Of a DNA stretch of 64,000 nt, positions 1 through 9,434 are shown one piece after another. The position numbers were made by a program, and so were the translations under genes. The stretch's first letter is position 1. Every line of letters starts with the position of its first letter. The notes beneath the pieces were generated by a model, which was given only the letters and a program-made list of their open reading frames with translations, did not search any database and was not told the DNA's origin. Source of the stretch: Nanobdellota archaeon (lineage in GTDB: Archaea > Nanobdellota > Nanobdellia > Parvarchaeales > Parvarchaeaceae). The stretch is from positions 69,400 through 133,399 of the forward strand of contig JAJZNK010000025.1 in assembly GCA_021811735.1 (NCBI GenBank), written 5' to 3'.

Positions 1-234
1 CAAAGTAAATTTTTATACCGTCCAGCTTTACGTTTCCCATTGCATCTTTTATAAATTGGGGAGGAGTCGTCTCCGTAAACTCCATCGCGGCCTGACTGGG
101 ATTGTAGAAACCTATAGCGAGATAATTATCACCGAATTCTCTTTTCATGTAAGAAGATTTAGAGGTCAAAACGGTCCATATACCCCCCACCTTGTTTCCG
201 GCTTCAAAGGACACTTCGACAAGAAACTTCTCCA
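1..234 (-). CDS. Glycogen(starch) synthase, GT3 (eukaryote-type) family, N-terminal fragment; the gene runs off the window start
   Basis: Reverse-strand translation from ATG (rc of 232-234) gives MEKFLVEVSFEAGNKVGGIWTVLTSKSSYMKREFGDNYLAIGFYNP...GNVKLDGIKIYFG. This matches the GT3 glycogen synthase N-terminus ([22 protein letters not shown]...GDNYFLVGPY...CKVYFGRW). Not in the ORF track because it has no stop within the window. Confidence 0.6.
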
Positions 235-303
235 TTTTATTGATAAGAATCAGCACAATAAAAACCTATAAAAGTTTTAATTCTGCAGCGTGCACTATAG
301 AGT

Positions 304-1224
304 GTGGTAGAAAAAGTTATTATAATAGGCTCCGGTCCAGCAGGTTACACTGCGGCAATATACGCTTCACGAGATGGTCTCAATCCGTTACTTATTCGTG
401 GTTTTGAGGTGGGTGGTCAGCTTATGCTGACTTCAGAAGTCGAGAATTTTCCTGGCTTCAAGTCTATACTCGGGCCGAATCTGATGGATACTCTGGCAGA
501 GCAAGTAAAGGGACTCAAGTGCAATATCGTGGATGATAATGTGTCGAAGGTAGATCTCTCGACCTACCCATACAAGGTCTACGTAGGTGATAAAGTGTAC
601 GAGGGATATTCTGTGATAATATCAACCGGCGCATCGGCAAGATGGCTTGAGTTAGAAAATGAGAAGAGACTCATAGGGAAGGGAGTATCTGGCTGCGCAG
701 TCTGTGACGGTGCATTCTTCAAGAATAAAAAAGTAGTCGTAGTTGGCGGCGGAGATAGTGCAATGGAGGACGCCAGCTATCTTGCAACTCTTACCGATTC
801 AGTCACGTTGATACACAGAAAGCATGAATTCAGGGCGAGCAAAATAATGCAGGATAGGGTACTTTTGAATAAGAAGATAAATGTAATTTGGGACAGTGAA
901 GTGATAGATGTTCTGGGTAAAGAACACGTGGAAGGCGTCAGGATAAGGAATCTACAAACAAAAGAGGAGAAAGACATACCGACAGGCGGACTGTTTCTGG
1001 CCATAGGGCACAATCCAAATACCAAGATTTTCAATGGACAGCTTGATGTTGACGAAGAAGGATACATAAAAACTCACGATCTCACTAAAACTAGCAAGGA
1101 AGGAATCTTCGCAGCCGGGGACGTTCAGGACAGAAAATACAAGCAAGCTGTTATCGCTGCGGGATGGGGAAGCATGTGCGCAATCGATGCAAGAAAATTC
1201 CTCGGCGAAAAAAACTTAAATTGA
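304..1224 (+). CDS. trxB: Thioredoxin-disulfide reductase
   Basis: FAD-binding GSGPAGYTAA N-terminus, redox-active CAVCDG motif, second Rossmann GGGDSAMEDA; 306 aa; ends in TGA. Confidence 0.85.
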   Translation: MVEKVIIIGSGPAGYTAAIYASRDGLNPLLIRGFEVGGQLMLTSEVENFPGFKSILGPNLMDTLAEQVKGLKCNIVDDNVSKVDLSTYPYKVYVGDKVYEGYSVIISTGASARWLELENEKRLIGKGVSGCAVCDGAFFKNKKVVVVGGGDSAMEDASYLATLTDSVTLIHRKHEFRASKIMQDRVLLNKKINVIWDSEVIDVLGKEHVEGVRIRNLQTKEEKDIPTGGLFLAIGHNPNTKIFNGQLDVDEEGYIKTHDLTKTSKEGIFAAGDVQDRKYKQAVIAAGWGSMCAIDARKFLGEKNLN

Positions 1225-2187
1225 GAGTTTGGCTTCCTTGAATTTTTTCGCATATTCTTCTGGCACTGTGGTATTTACGAAGACGTTTTGTCCAAGTTCT
1301 ATTCCTGCGAAATCGGCTAGTCTAGGGTATAACTCTATGTGCATGTGGTAATCCTTTTCGTTTCTGTTTTCATGTATTACAAAATTATAGGAATGTTTCC
1401 CAAATAGTTTTATATTAGTCCTTATTATGCTTTTCAGTGCCTCGACTAGATCCTCTTTTTCCTGTTCGTCCAGGTCCATTATATAGTTTACATGTCTTTT
1501 TGGTAGCAGCATGGATTCTCCAGCTATTCTCGAACCGTATGGGGCTATTGCGGTTATCTTCTCGGTTTCGAACAGAATCCTTTCGCTCTCCTTCTTAAGC
1601 GAGTCTTCATAAAGGCAGGAATTATTTTCATTTTCGTATTTTTTCGCTCTTTCTATTTCCAATGCAGGAGTACCGAGAAGTTCCGGCCATGCTATTATCT
1701 GTGTATGCGAATGTCCTATGCTCGCTCCGCCCTTTGCACCAGAATTCTTGAAGACCATTACATGCTTTATGTAGTTTCTCGAATACAAGTCCTCTTCCCT
1801 TTCTATGAGTGTGTTGAGCCATTCTAGTGATTTTTTGGTGTCCATCTCCTCGAACTTCTCGAAATGATTGGGAGTTTCTATCTCGACTTCGTTGTATCCG
1901 TATCCTGATATTGAAGAAAAAAACCCTTTTTCATATTCTAAAGGGGTGGATCCGCTGAGTTCCGGGAATTTATTTCTTATAACCATCGTGGTCCACGGTT
2001 CGTTGACGTGCATTATCTCCAGGTTCTTTTGATCAACAGTGTCCCTTTCAAACGGACAGTCTTCAAGATTCGAAGAGGCCTCGTCCTTCACTTCCAATTC
2101 TTCGGGCCTGTGCGTCCTGCCCGGCACTATTATGGAATAATATCCCGTTCTATAGTCTGTCCTTATATTGCTCTCCTGAACGTCCAT
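1216..2187 (-). CDS. Galactose-1-phosphate uridylyltransferase-like (GalT/HIT superfamily)
   Basis: Two-half HIT-like architecture with a GHSHTQIIA (HxHxQ) nucleotidyl-transfer motif and VIHENRNEKDYHMHIELYP; 323 aa. Confidence 0.55.
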   Translation of the reverse strand: MDVQESNIRTDYRTGYYSIIVPGRTHRPEELEVKDEASSNLEDCPFERDTVDQKNLEIMHVNEPWTTMVIRNKFPELSGSTPLEYEKGFFSSISGYGYNEVEIETPNHFEKFEEMDTKKSLEWLNTLIEREEDLYSRNYIKHVMVFKNSGAKGGASIGHSHTQIIAWPELLGTPALEIERAKKYENENNSCLYEDSLKKESERILFETEKITAIAPYGSRIAGESMLLPKRHVNYIMDLDEQEKEDLVEALKSIIRTNIKLFGKHSYNFVIHENRNEKDYHMHIELYPRLADFAGIELGQNVFVNTTVPEEYAKKFKEAKLSI

Positions 2188-2281
2188 TTTATTTTAATTG
2201 TCCGCTGATATTTATACCTGAAATACATTTTTCAATCATAGTTTGTTAGGAAAAACAGAGGGGAAGAAAACTTTAAATATG

Positions 2282-2310
2282 ACGTTGATATCTATTACAG
2301 ATATCAGTGT
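2282..2310. promoter_or_regulatory. Near-perfect palindrome ACgTtGATATCT-ATTAC-AGATATCAgtGT between the putative TATA box and the thermosome start; candidate heat-shock operator
   Basis: Seen directly: TGATATCT (2286-2293) and AGATATCA (2299-2306) are exact reverse complements around a 5-nt spacer. The arms extend to 12 bp with 2 mismatches. Lies between the AT-rich box at ~2271 and the SD/start at 2343-2356. Confidence 0.4.
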
Positions 2311-2355
2311 TGCATAACGCTGTATATTATAAAATATCTTATAGGAGGTACAAAT

Positions 2356-3996
2356 ATGGCAGAAGGAATTCAACCAATTTTCATCTTACCAGAAGGTTAT
2401 AACAGAACCAGCGGGAAGGATGCACAGAGAAATAACATAGCAGCAGCCAAGGCGGTAGCCAACGCGGTCAAGTCCACTTTAGGTCCGAGAGGAATGGACA
2501 AGATGCTTGTAGATAATATAGGAGACATAACTATAACAAACGACGGAGTTACGGTTCTAAAGAGCATGGATATAGAAAATCCTGCGGCAAAGATGATAGT
2601 TGAAGTCGCGAAAACCCAGGAAGAGGAGGTCGGAGACGGTACAACGACTGCAGTTATAATAGCAGGTGAACTCCTTAAGAACGCGGAGACTCTTCTCGAC
2701 CAAAGTATACATCCTACGCTTGTTGCAAGAGGATATAGGCTTGCGTCAAATAAATCACAGGAAATACTCGATAAAATCAAGCTGCAGCTTAATCTTTCAA
2801 GCAAAGAGGACCTGGGCAGGATAGTGAAGACTGCGATAATAGGGAAGAGCACAGGTGCAGATTCGCATGTTATCTCTCTTATAGTGGATGCGGTACAGCA
2901 CGTTAAATCCATGTCAGGCAAAAGCGATACTATAGACTTAGATGACATAAAGGTTGAAAAGAAAGTGGGTGGCGGACTCCTCGATTCAAGACTTGTTAGT
3001 GGAGTCATAATAGACAAAGAGAAGGTGCACCCAGATATGCCAGATGAGGTCAAGAACGCAAAGGTAGCCCTGTTGAACCTTGCTCTTGAAATAGAAAAGA
3101 CAAATATCGATGCACAGATAAGGATAGAAAAGCCAGAACAATTACAAGCGTTCCTGGATGAAGAAGAGAACATGCTTAAGGAGATGGTAGAGAAGATAAA
3201 GGCTTCAGGTGCGAACGTAGTGGTAGTACAGAAAGGAATAGACGACGCAGCACAGCACTTCCTTTCAAAAGCAGGGATACTTGCATTTAGAAGAGTATCT
3301 GAAGGAGACATGAAGAAGATTGGTAAGGCAACGGGTGCAAAGATTGTCGCTACTTTAGATGAACTTGGCAAGGATAGTCTTGGCGACGCAGGGTTGGTAC
3401 ACGTTGAAAAGCTTGCCGGCGAAACGCTTGCACTTATAGAGGAATGCAAGAATCCAAAGGCGGTTACGATTTTGATAAGAGGAGGAACCGAGCATGTGGT
3501 CGACGAAATACAGAGAGCAGTGGACGATAGTCTGGGAGACCTAAAATCAGTCATAGAGGATGGCGGGTCTATAGTCGCTGGCGGCGGAGCAGGGGAACTT
3601 GAAGTTTCTAAAGAACTCAGGGACTTTGCAAAGGGACTTGAGGGGAGAGAACAGCTGGCCGTGAATGCGTTTGCAGATGCTCTTGAGGTGGTTCCAAAGA
3701 CGCTATCCGAAAATGCAGGTCTTGATCCTATAGACATATTGGTTGAACTGAGAGCTGAGCATCAGAAGGGAAAAACCTGGGCAGGTGTCAATCTGCTTGA
3801 TGTATACAAGCCACAGGTATCTGATATGTACAAGGAAGGAGTAATCGAGCCTTTAAGGACGAAAAAACAGGCAATAAAGAGTGCAAGTGAAGTTGCAGTT
3901 ATGATCCTTAGAATAGACGATATAATAGCAGCAGGCAAGTCGGCAAGCCAACAGCCGCCGATGCCACCTGGTGGAATGGGAGGTTATGGAGATTAG
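2356..3996 (+). CDS. ths: Thermosome subunit (group II chaperonin)
   Basis: 546 aa. GPRGMDKM, ITNDGVT, VGDGTTT and GGGA motifs; C-terminal GGMGGYGD tail. Preceded by the SD AGGAGGT. Confidence 0.95.
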   Translation: MAEGIQPIFILPEGYNRTSGKDAQRNNIAAAKAVANAVKSTLGPRGMDKMLVDNIGDITITNDGVTVLKSMDIENPAAKMIVEVAKTQEEEVGDGTTTAVIIAGELLKNAETLLDQSIHPTLVARGYRLASNKSQEILDKIKLQLNLSSKEDLGRIVKTAIIGKSTGADSHVISLIVDAVQHVKSMSGKSDTIDLDDIKVEKKVGGGLLDSRLVSGVIIDKEKVHPDMPDEVKNAKVALLNLALEIEKTNIDAQIRIEKPEQLQAFLDEEENMLKEMVEKIKASGANVVVVQKGIDDAAQHFLSKAGILAFRRVSEGDMKKIGKATGAKIVATLDELGKDSLGDAGLVHVEKLAGETLALIEECKNPKAVTILIRGGTEHVVDEIQRAVDDSLGDLKSVIEDGGSIVAGGGAGELEVSKELRDFAKGLEGREQLAVNAFADALEVVPKTLSENAGLDPIDILVELRAEHQKGKTWAGVNLLDVYKPQVSDMYKEGVIEPLRTKKQAIKSASEVAVMILRIDDIIAAGKSASQQPPMPPGGMGGYGD

Positions 3997-3997
3997 T

Positions 3998-4234
3998 ATG
4001 TCAGAAAATGTTTTGAGTAGACCCTTGGATTTATTGAATTCTGCGAAGGGAAAGATGGTATTAGTGGAGCTTAAGAATGGTCACGCCATAACCGGTAAGC
4101 TTATAGCTTTTGATGTCCACATAAACGTTACTCTGGAGAACGCAGAGGAAAAGAAGGATGTTGATACCCTAAGAAAACTTGGAAATGTTTTTATACGGGG
4201 TGACACCATTATCCTTATATCCCCAACAATATGA
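3998..4234 (+). CDS. Sm-like archaeal protein (LSm)
   Basis: Sm fold signature LDLLNSAKGKMVLVELKNGHAITGKLIAFDVHINVTLENAEE. Conserved Lsm-L37e pairing, with the stop overlapping the L37e start (ATGA). I chose the start at the ATG just after the thermosome stop. Confidence 0.8.
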   Translation: MSENVLSRPLDLLNSAKGKMVLVELKNGHAITGKLIAFDVHINVTLENAEEKKDVDTLRKLGNVFIRGDTIILISPTI

Positions 4235-4416
4235 CGACAGCATCGATGGGTTTGCACAATAGAAAACAACCACATGTACGGTGTAGAAGGTGCGGCAAAG
4301 AGTCTTATTTAAAACGAAAGCATTACTGTTCTCATTGCGGGTATGGAAAAACTGCAAAGATAAAGGCTCATGCCTGGAATAATAAGACAGTGAACGGAAA
4401 AAGAAAGGATAATTAA
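4231..4416 (+). CDS. rpl37e: 50S ribosomal protein L37e
   Basis: Zinc-ribbon CRRCGKESYLKRKHYCSHCGYG, 61 aa basic protein, directly downstream of Lsm. Confidence 0.85.
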   Translation: MTTASMGLHNRKQPHVRCRRCGKESYLKRKHYCSHCGYGKTAKIKAHAWNNKTVNGKRKDN

Positions 4417-5133
4417 ATGTCAGCAAAGATAAAGGCGAAAGCTATAATATTTGATTTTGACAACACACTTGTGGATACACATTCCGCTATAAACGGCGCA
4501 TATTCCGTAATAATAACAAGGTTAGCGGAAAGATTCAATCTAGGACACGAACTCTTGAAAGAAAAGCTTTTCGCCGCCCAGAAGGAAGTTATAGATAATA
4601 TACCGCTCGAAAAAAGAAACTATGACCGAAAAAAAGTCGTAAGCAGGCTTAACAAGGACATGAACTTAGGATTGAACGATAAGGAAATAGATGAGCTTGC
4701 AGAACTATTTTATTATTTTATACTCGAAAAGGTAACCTATCCAGAGTATACAGAAAGTGTGCTTGAAGCGCTTAAAACTAAAGGCAAAAAGCTCGGTCTA
4801 CTTACGGATTCAGACGTCAGACCTGGTTTGAAGAAACAGAGACTAAACAAACTGGGATTCATTGGGCTGTTTGATGTGGTAATGATAGCAGGTGAAACGA
4901 TACCACAAAAGAAAAACAGTCCGATACCATTTTTGGAAGTCTCCAGACTTCTAGAGGTAAAACCTGCGGATATTTTAGTGGTTGGGGACAGGATGGACGC
5001 AGATATAGACAACGCCAAAGAAGCCGGCATGATGGCAGCTTTGATTGATAGATTTCTGCCCCCTAATACCGGAGTACACCAGCCCGACGTTCATATACAT
5101 GATATAAAGGAGTTGCTAGATATAGTTGAGTAG
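4417..5133 (+). CDS. HAD-superfamily hydrolase
   Basis: Motif I IIFDFDNTLVDT at the N-terminus; motif IV VVGDRMDADIDNAKEAGM. Confidence 0.7.
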   Translation: MSAKIKAKAIIFDFDNTLVDTHSAINGAYSVIITRLAERFNLGHELLKEKLFAAQKEVIDNIPLEKRNYDRKKVVSRLNKDMNLGLNDKEIDELAELFYYFILEKVTYPEYTESVLEALKTKGKKLGLLTDSDVRPGLKKQRLNKLGFIGLFDVVMIAGETIPQKKNSPIPFLEVSRLLEVKPADILVVGDRMDADIDNAKEAGMMAALIDRFLPPNTGVHQPDVHIHDIKELLDIVE

Positions 5134-5181
5134 GTCTGTTTTTACCCCAATCTTAATAAATACTAATATCCTTAATCTCTA

Positions 5182-6324
5182 ATGGAAGAGCTCAAGATGA
5201 CGCCTTGGGATGTAAGCGGCGAACTGAATGACAGCGCTTACACAAAGCTGGTTGAAAAATTCGGCGTCGATCTTATAAATGAGAAGTTAATAGAAAGGAT
5301 TGGAAAAATAGCAAAAGGCAAAATTCATCCGTTTCTAAAACGAAGTATATTCTTCGCACATAGAGAGCTTAATCTGGTTTTGGACGATTATGAAAAAGGC
5401 AGGCCGTTTTATTTATACACCGGAAGAGGTCCGTCCGGAAAGATGCATATAGGACACTTATTGCCATTCTCATTTACACTTTGGCTGCAGAAGACCTTCG
5501 ACGTTCACCTGCTGATACAGCTAACTGATGACGAGAAGTTCATGGTTAAAGACATCTCTAAAACTGCAATAGAAAAGTATACAAATGAAAACATAATCGA
5601 TATACTGAGTCTCGGGTTCGATCCTAAGAAAACTCATATTATAAAGGATTACGAAAGCGCAAAAATGATGTATTACTACGCGACAGATGTCGCTAAGCAC
5701 GTGACGTTTTCAACAGTAAAGGCGGTTTTCGGTGTAACTGACAGTGACAATATAGGCAAGGTTTTTTTCCCTTCGATGCAGATCGTTCCGGCTTTTCTTC
5801 TTTCAGCATTAACCGGCCAGAAAATGCGTTGTCTAATACCTTACGCAATAGATCAGGATCCGTATTTCAGGGTTGCAAGGGACGTTCTTCCAAAGCTTGG
5901 ATATTACAAACCATCCGCTATAATCTCAAAATTCCTTCCCGCGTTGCAGGGCAGCTCAGCAAAGATGTCCTCCTCAAAGGAGGAAAGTGCAATATTTCTA
6001 GATGATAGTAGAGAAGTAGTACGAAAGAAGCTCATGAAATACGCATTTTCCGGTGGAAAGGACACTGCTGAAGAGCAGCGGAAGTACGGTGCAAATCCAG
6101 ATATGGATTTTTCATTCCTTGAATACAGCTTTTTGGAAGAAGACCAGAAAAAGGTAGATCAAGTCTACAACGATTATAAGTCGGGAAAGATATTAAGCGG
6201 CGAGATGAAAGAGATTGCAGCCAACAAGATATCCTCATTTTTGGAAACATTGTCTGATAACAGGGAGAAAGTAAAAGATAGAATAGATGATTATATACTT
6301 GATCCGAAAAAAATAAAGTTATAA
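5182..6324 (+). CDS. trpS: Tryptophanyl-tRNA synthetase (class I, archaeal/eukaryotic type)
   Basis: YTGRGPSGKMHIGHLLPF (HIGH) and KMSSSK (KMSKS variant); 380 aa, which fits archaeal TrpRS rather than the shorter TyrRS. Confidence 0.7.
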   Translation: MEELKMTPWDVSGELNDSAYTKLVEKFGVDLINEKLIERIGKIAKGKIHPFLKRSIFFAHRELNLVLDDYEKGRPFYLYTGRGPSGKMHIGHLLPFSFTLWLQKTFDVHLLIQLTDDEKFMVKDISKTAIEKYTNENIIDILSLGFDPKKTHIIKDYESAKMMYYYATDVAKHVTFSTVKAVFGVTDSDNIGKVFFPSMQIVPAFLLSALTGQKMRCLIPYAIDQDPYFRVARDVLPKLGYYKPSAIISKFLPALQGSSAKMSSSKEESAIFLDDSREVVRKKLMKYAFSGGKDTAEEQRKYGANPDMDFSFLEYSFLEEDQKKVDQVYNDYKSGKILSGEMKEIAANKISSFLETLSDNREKVKDRIDDYILDPKKIKL

Positions 6325-6517
6325 CTTATTAAAATCAATACTATTCTAACAAAGGTGTCAGATACTCACCATTATACTGCATGTTTATATAAGTGTCTTT
6401 TAATTTTATTTAATTGACATAGTGTGCCTCAGCTATAGGCTTTGCTAACAAAGTAACTTAATTAGCGGACTTTAGGAGCAGAATAAAGACTTTATTAGCA
6501 AACTGCTTCTAGACCTA

Positions 6518-7267
6518 ATGATAAAATATACGCTTTATTTAGATGCAAGTGGTGACTTTGGTTGGAGACCTCCTTATGGCAATAGTCAGTCTAAATTTTA
6601 TGTACTTGCTGGTTTAGCTCTCACACCAGAAGCCGAGTATAAAGCAAAAACAGAACTGCCAAATATAGTGGATAAATATTTTACATCTAAACCTAAGGAA
6701 TTGAAATATACCTACATAATTTCAAATAAAATAGAACCTTTCAAATCTTTAGATGAAAATCAGCGTAAGGCATTGTCTGATGATATCTTTACTCTAATCT
6801 TAGAGATGTCCCCTATATTATTCGCTACGGTTGTTGATAAAGAGAAGTTAAAAGAAAGATATGGAGATAGAGCATATGACCCAAAATATTTATCTCTTAT
6901 TTCTACAATCTCTAGGTTTTCAATGATGTTAAAACGGAATTCAGACACGGGGCAGGTTATAATGGATGATGAACATGCTAGAAAGGATAAAGATTTGCAA
7001 AAAACAATACATAAATTACGTGCGAATGACACAATTATTAGAAGTAGGAATTATAACCCTCCTTCTATAGAACGTTTAGAGAGGATTACTAATAGCATTC
7101 TATTTAGCCATTCGGAAGCTAGTGAAGGAATACAGTTAGCAGATTTTATAGCAAAGGTAGTCTGGATTAAATATACACATGCAAAAATTAACAGATTCAT
7201 GCAAATAGAAAAACTTTTTGACCATAATGAATATAGATATTTCGACCCTTGTTTAATACCAAAATAG
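6518..7267 (+). CDS. DUF3800-family protein
   Basis: N-terminal YLDASGDFG (the DESG-like start typical of DUF3800) and C-terminal EGIQLADFIAKV (QxAD-like). 249 aa. First gene inside the inserted element. Confidence 0.5.
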   Translation: MIKYTLYLDASGDFGWRPPYGNSQSKFYVLAGLALTPEAEYKAKTELPNIVDKYFTSKPKELKYTYIISNKIEPFKSLDENQRKALSDDIFTLILEMSPILFATVVDKEKLKERYGDRAYDPKYLSLISTISRFSMMLKRNSDTGQVIMDDEHARKDKDLQKTIHKLRANDTIIRSRNYNPPSIERLERITNSILFSHSEASEGIQLADFIAKVVWIKYTHAKINRFMQIEKLFDHNEYRYFDPCLIPK

Positions 7268-7327
7268 AATAGAAGGAAAGGTGGTTACCTTTCAGCAACC
7301 AACGAGGTCAAGCAACCTCTCCTTTGC

Positions 7328-7954
7328 CTAATGATTCGAATTCTTCGTTAAATTTAAATCTATCCCTAACTCATAAATTGCACTTATTAGCACCGTAATA
7401 TTATAGGCTATTAGCTTGCACAGCAACTCATTAACCTGCGCTATCTGGTTCTTGCTCTTTAGCATAGCACCGAACTTAGCCTTTATGGCAAAGAATGTGG
7501 TCTCCACATTAGATCTCTTGTGGTAATGCTCTAGAAATACCTCTTGATTAAGCTGGAAATAATGGTACATCTTACGCCATAACCACGCCTTACTACCACT
7601 ACGATAATTTGCAACAGTACTCTTCTTGAAAGGAATGTAAGGTACAGCTCCAACAGCATCAACAGCATTGAAATTGGCGAAAGAATTGTAAGCCTTATCC
7701 GCACTCATATTTTGAATGTCAAAGCCTAGTCTTGCGGTTTCATTGACAAGAGGTATAAACTGCGGACTATCCGCACCATGTTCATCGGTTATTACTGCAG
7801 TAGTTACTATATTGGTATTGTTTCCAGTCAAAGCGTGGCACTTGATCCATTTATGCTGTTTGTTTAATTTGTGCTTTATGTTGCAGTATTCGCTGAACTG
7901 AGTTGTCTCGAATCCCGTAGAATCCACACTAAAACTAGTCTCTACCGATTTCAA
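7328..7954 (-). pseudogene. IS5-family (IS4/IS5 DDE) transposase, N-terminally truncated remnant
   Basis: SVDSTGF (first D of DDE), ADKAY, and the C-terminal HYHKRSNVETTFFAIKAKFG signature of the IS5 family. Only 208 aa; the N-terminal DNA-binding region is missing and no in-frame upstream continuation exists. Confidence 0.6.
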
Positions 7955-8251
7955 ATGCCAAATCTGTGGGACGCAGTTAAAGAAAGAAGGCTGGTCTGCG
8001 GAAATGTCCAGAATAAAAAATGGGGTTATCTATATGCAGAAACTGCGCATATAAAGAATATATCGCATTTCCCCCGATATGATGTGAAGGAGAATATGTT
8101 GTGTTTGTGCGCAAATTGCCATAAAAACTTAGATAATAAAATTTATAAATTATCCGAATCAAGCGGTAGATTCGTATGTGATGACATAATCAGCCATGTA
8201 AATTATAGTCTTGATGTAAAACCACAGCATGAATTGACTTTATTCCCGTAG
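7871..8251 (+). pseudogene. HNH endonuclease fragment
   Basis: HFPRYDVKENMLCLCANCHKNLDN resembles the HNH beta-beta-alpha motif. Short, no convincing N-terminal domain, overlaps the transposase remnant. Confidence 0.3.
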
Positions 8252-8267
8252 TTAGTGGATGCGCCTC

Positions 8268-8615
8268 ATAACTCATGTTCCCATATTCTTACAACAGTCC
8301 AGCCTCCATCTTTCAAGGTTTTGGACACTTTTTCATCACGCACCTTATTTTTCTTTATTTTATTATCCAATAAATGGCATTGCTTTTCGGCCTTTTAAAA
8401 TGCCTAGGACATGCATGCCAGAAGCAACCATCTATGAAAACAGCGATTTTGTGCTTTTTATCAGCAAAGTCAGGATGCCCATATATACCTTCAGGATGGA
8501 AGACGAATCCTAGGCGCTTTAATATGTGCTTAAGGTGCTGTTCCGGAGCAGTGTTTTTGTTTTTTATCCTAGACATAGTATAACTTCTTTGTTTTTTTGT
8601 AAGATTATCAACCAT
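8268..8615 (-). pseudogene. vsr: Very-short-patch-repair endonuclease (Vsr), frameshifted
   Basis: N-terminal ORF (8355-8615) has RSYTMSRIKNKNTAPE...GHPDF...AVFIDGCFWHACPRHF...SNAIYWIIK and then stops. After a 1-nt frame change in an A/T run around 8350-8358, the next frame continues KNKVRDEKVSKTLKDGGWTVVRIWEHEL*, which matches the Vsr C-terminus. No partner Dcm methyltransferase is seen. Confidence 0.65.
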
Positions 8616-8766
8616 TATTTTATAAATAATTGAAGTAATTAATATCTGTTACGATGAAGCTGCAGCCCTGAACGGTTACAAGATATAGTAAGGTAAGGAT
8701 TAAGTAGCTAAATTTATTAGTAAAGCCATCTAGATAATAATATGAAATACCGTATAACCTATATAA

Positions 8767-9300
8767 TTGGATTTGGAAAGTTCGCTAATTGATATGGACA
8801 TATTAACTATATTGGGACAGGTCGGTCCGCTAATTTTAGCAACAGCAACTGCATTCATGGCTTATTTTACATATCTAGTCGTAAAAGAAGGTCGTAAACA
8901 AGATAATGTGCGTTTCTTAGAGAAGAGTCTCGAAGAGTTTTATGAACCATTAATAAATACTTTAAGAAATGGCCCATATTACGGTATAATGGATAAGGAT
9001 TTAAGTGAAGTAATACGCATTTTTATAAGCAAAAGATATTTGTGCAGTGCACAACTTGCGAATATACTGCCTTATACTGTAACTGATGTGTTTAGCGGTA
9101 CTCCTGTTTCAAGCATTGACAAGGGAACTGTATATACTTTTACAAAAGAAGAAGATTTTGATAAATGGAGACATGCTGCTGATAAGATATGGGAAGAGTA
9201 CTTAGAGAAAATAGAAGAATACTCAAAATCAGTGGGAACAACAATAGATATAAGTAAATTTAGTAAGCCAAGTTGGGCATCTCTGAAGCTAAAAAAGTAA
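8767..9300 (+). CDS. Hypothetical protein with an N-terminal TM helix
   Basis: 177-aa ORF; hydrophobic segment ILTILGQVGPLILATATAFMAYFTYLVV; no recognisable domain. Confidence 0.4.
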   Translation: MDLESSLIDMDILTILGQVGPLILATATAFMAYFTYLVVKEGRKQDNVRFLEKSLEEFYEPLINTLRNGPYYGIMDKDLSEVIRIFISKRYLCSAQLANILPYTVTDVFSGTPVSSIDKGTVYTFTKEEDFDKWRHAADKIWEEYLEKIEEYSKSVGTTIDISKFSKPSWASLKLKK

Positions 9301-9357
9301 CAATTTAATTGTTAGCCAACTCACAACATCCTAAAATCAAAAGATACCCAAAGATTA

Positions 9358-9434
9358 GTGACTTTATTAGCAACTCGTCCTACTTTATTAGCAACTCGTC
9401 CTACTTTATTAGCAATGAGACTTTGTTAGCAAAG
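9358..9434. repeat. Tandem direct repeats: 21-bp unit ACTTTATTAGCAACTCGTCCT x2.5, then ACTTTGTTAGCAAAG; core ACTTTRTTAGCAA x4 at 9361, 9382, 9403, 9420
   Basis: Read directly. A related copy GACTTTATTAGCAAACTG lies at 6488-6505 near the left end of the element. The array lies 55-130 bp upstream of the RHH gene start (9489). Confidence 0.6.

Noticed and set aside
56-407. Two plus-strand 71-aa ORFs at the window start
   Set aside because: The first lies antisense to the GT3 glycogen-synthase fragment. The second overlaps the trxB start region out of frame. Neither has motifs.
2397-3737. 446-aa ORF antisense to the thermosome gene
   Set aside because: Ser/Pro/Thr-rich low-complexity translation, entirely nested in the opposite strand of a highly conserved gene. 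A typical antisense artefact.
8259-8513. 84-aa plus-strand ORF
   Set aside because: Overlaps the frameshifted vsr on the opposite strand; no recognisable features.
8650-8700. Possible box C/D sRNA (CGATGAA … CTGA with flanking GTTAC repeats)
   Set aside because: Only ~25 nt between the boxes, no C'/D' boxes, and the flanking GTTAC copies are direct and not complementary, so no K-turn terminal stem can form.
9358-9434. CRISPR array
   Set aside because: Only about 4 contiguous repeat copies with no unique spacers of regular length and no cas genes. Better explained as an operator or transposon-end repeat array.
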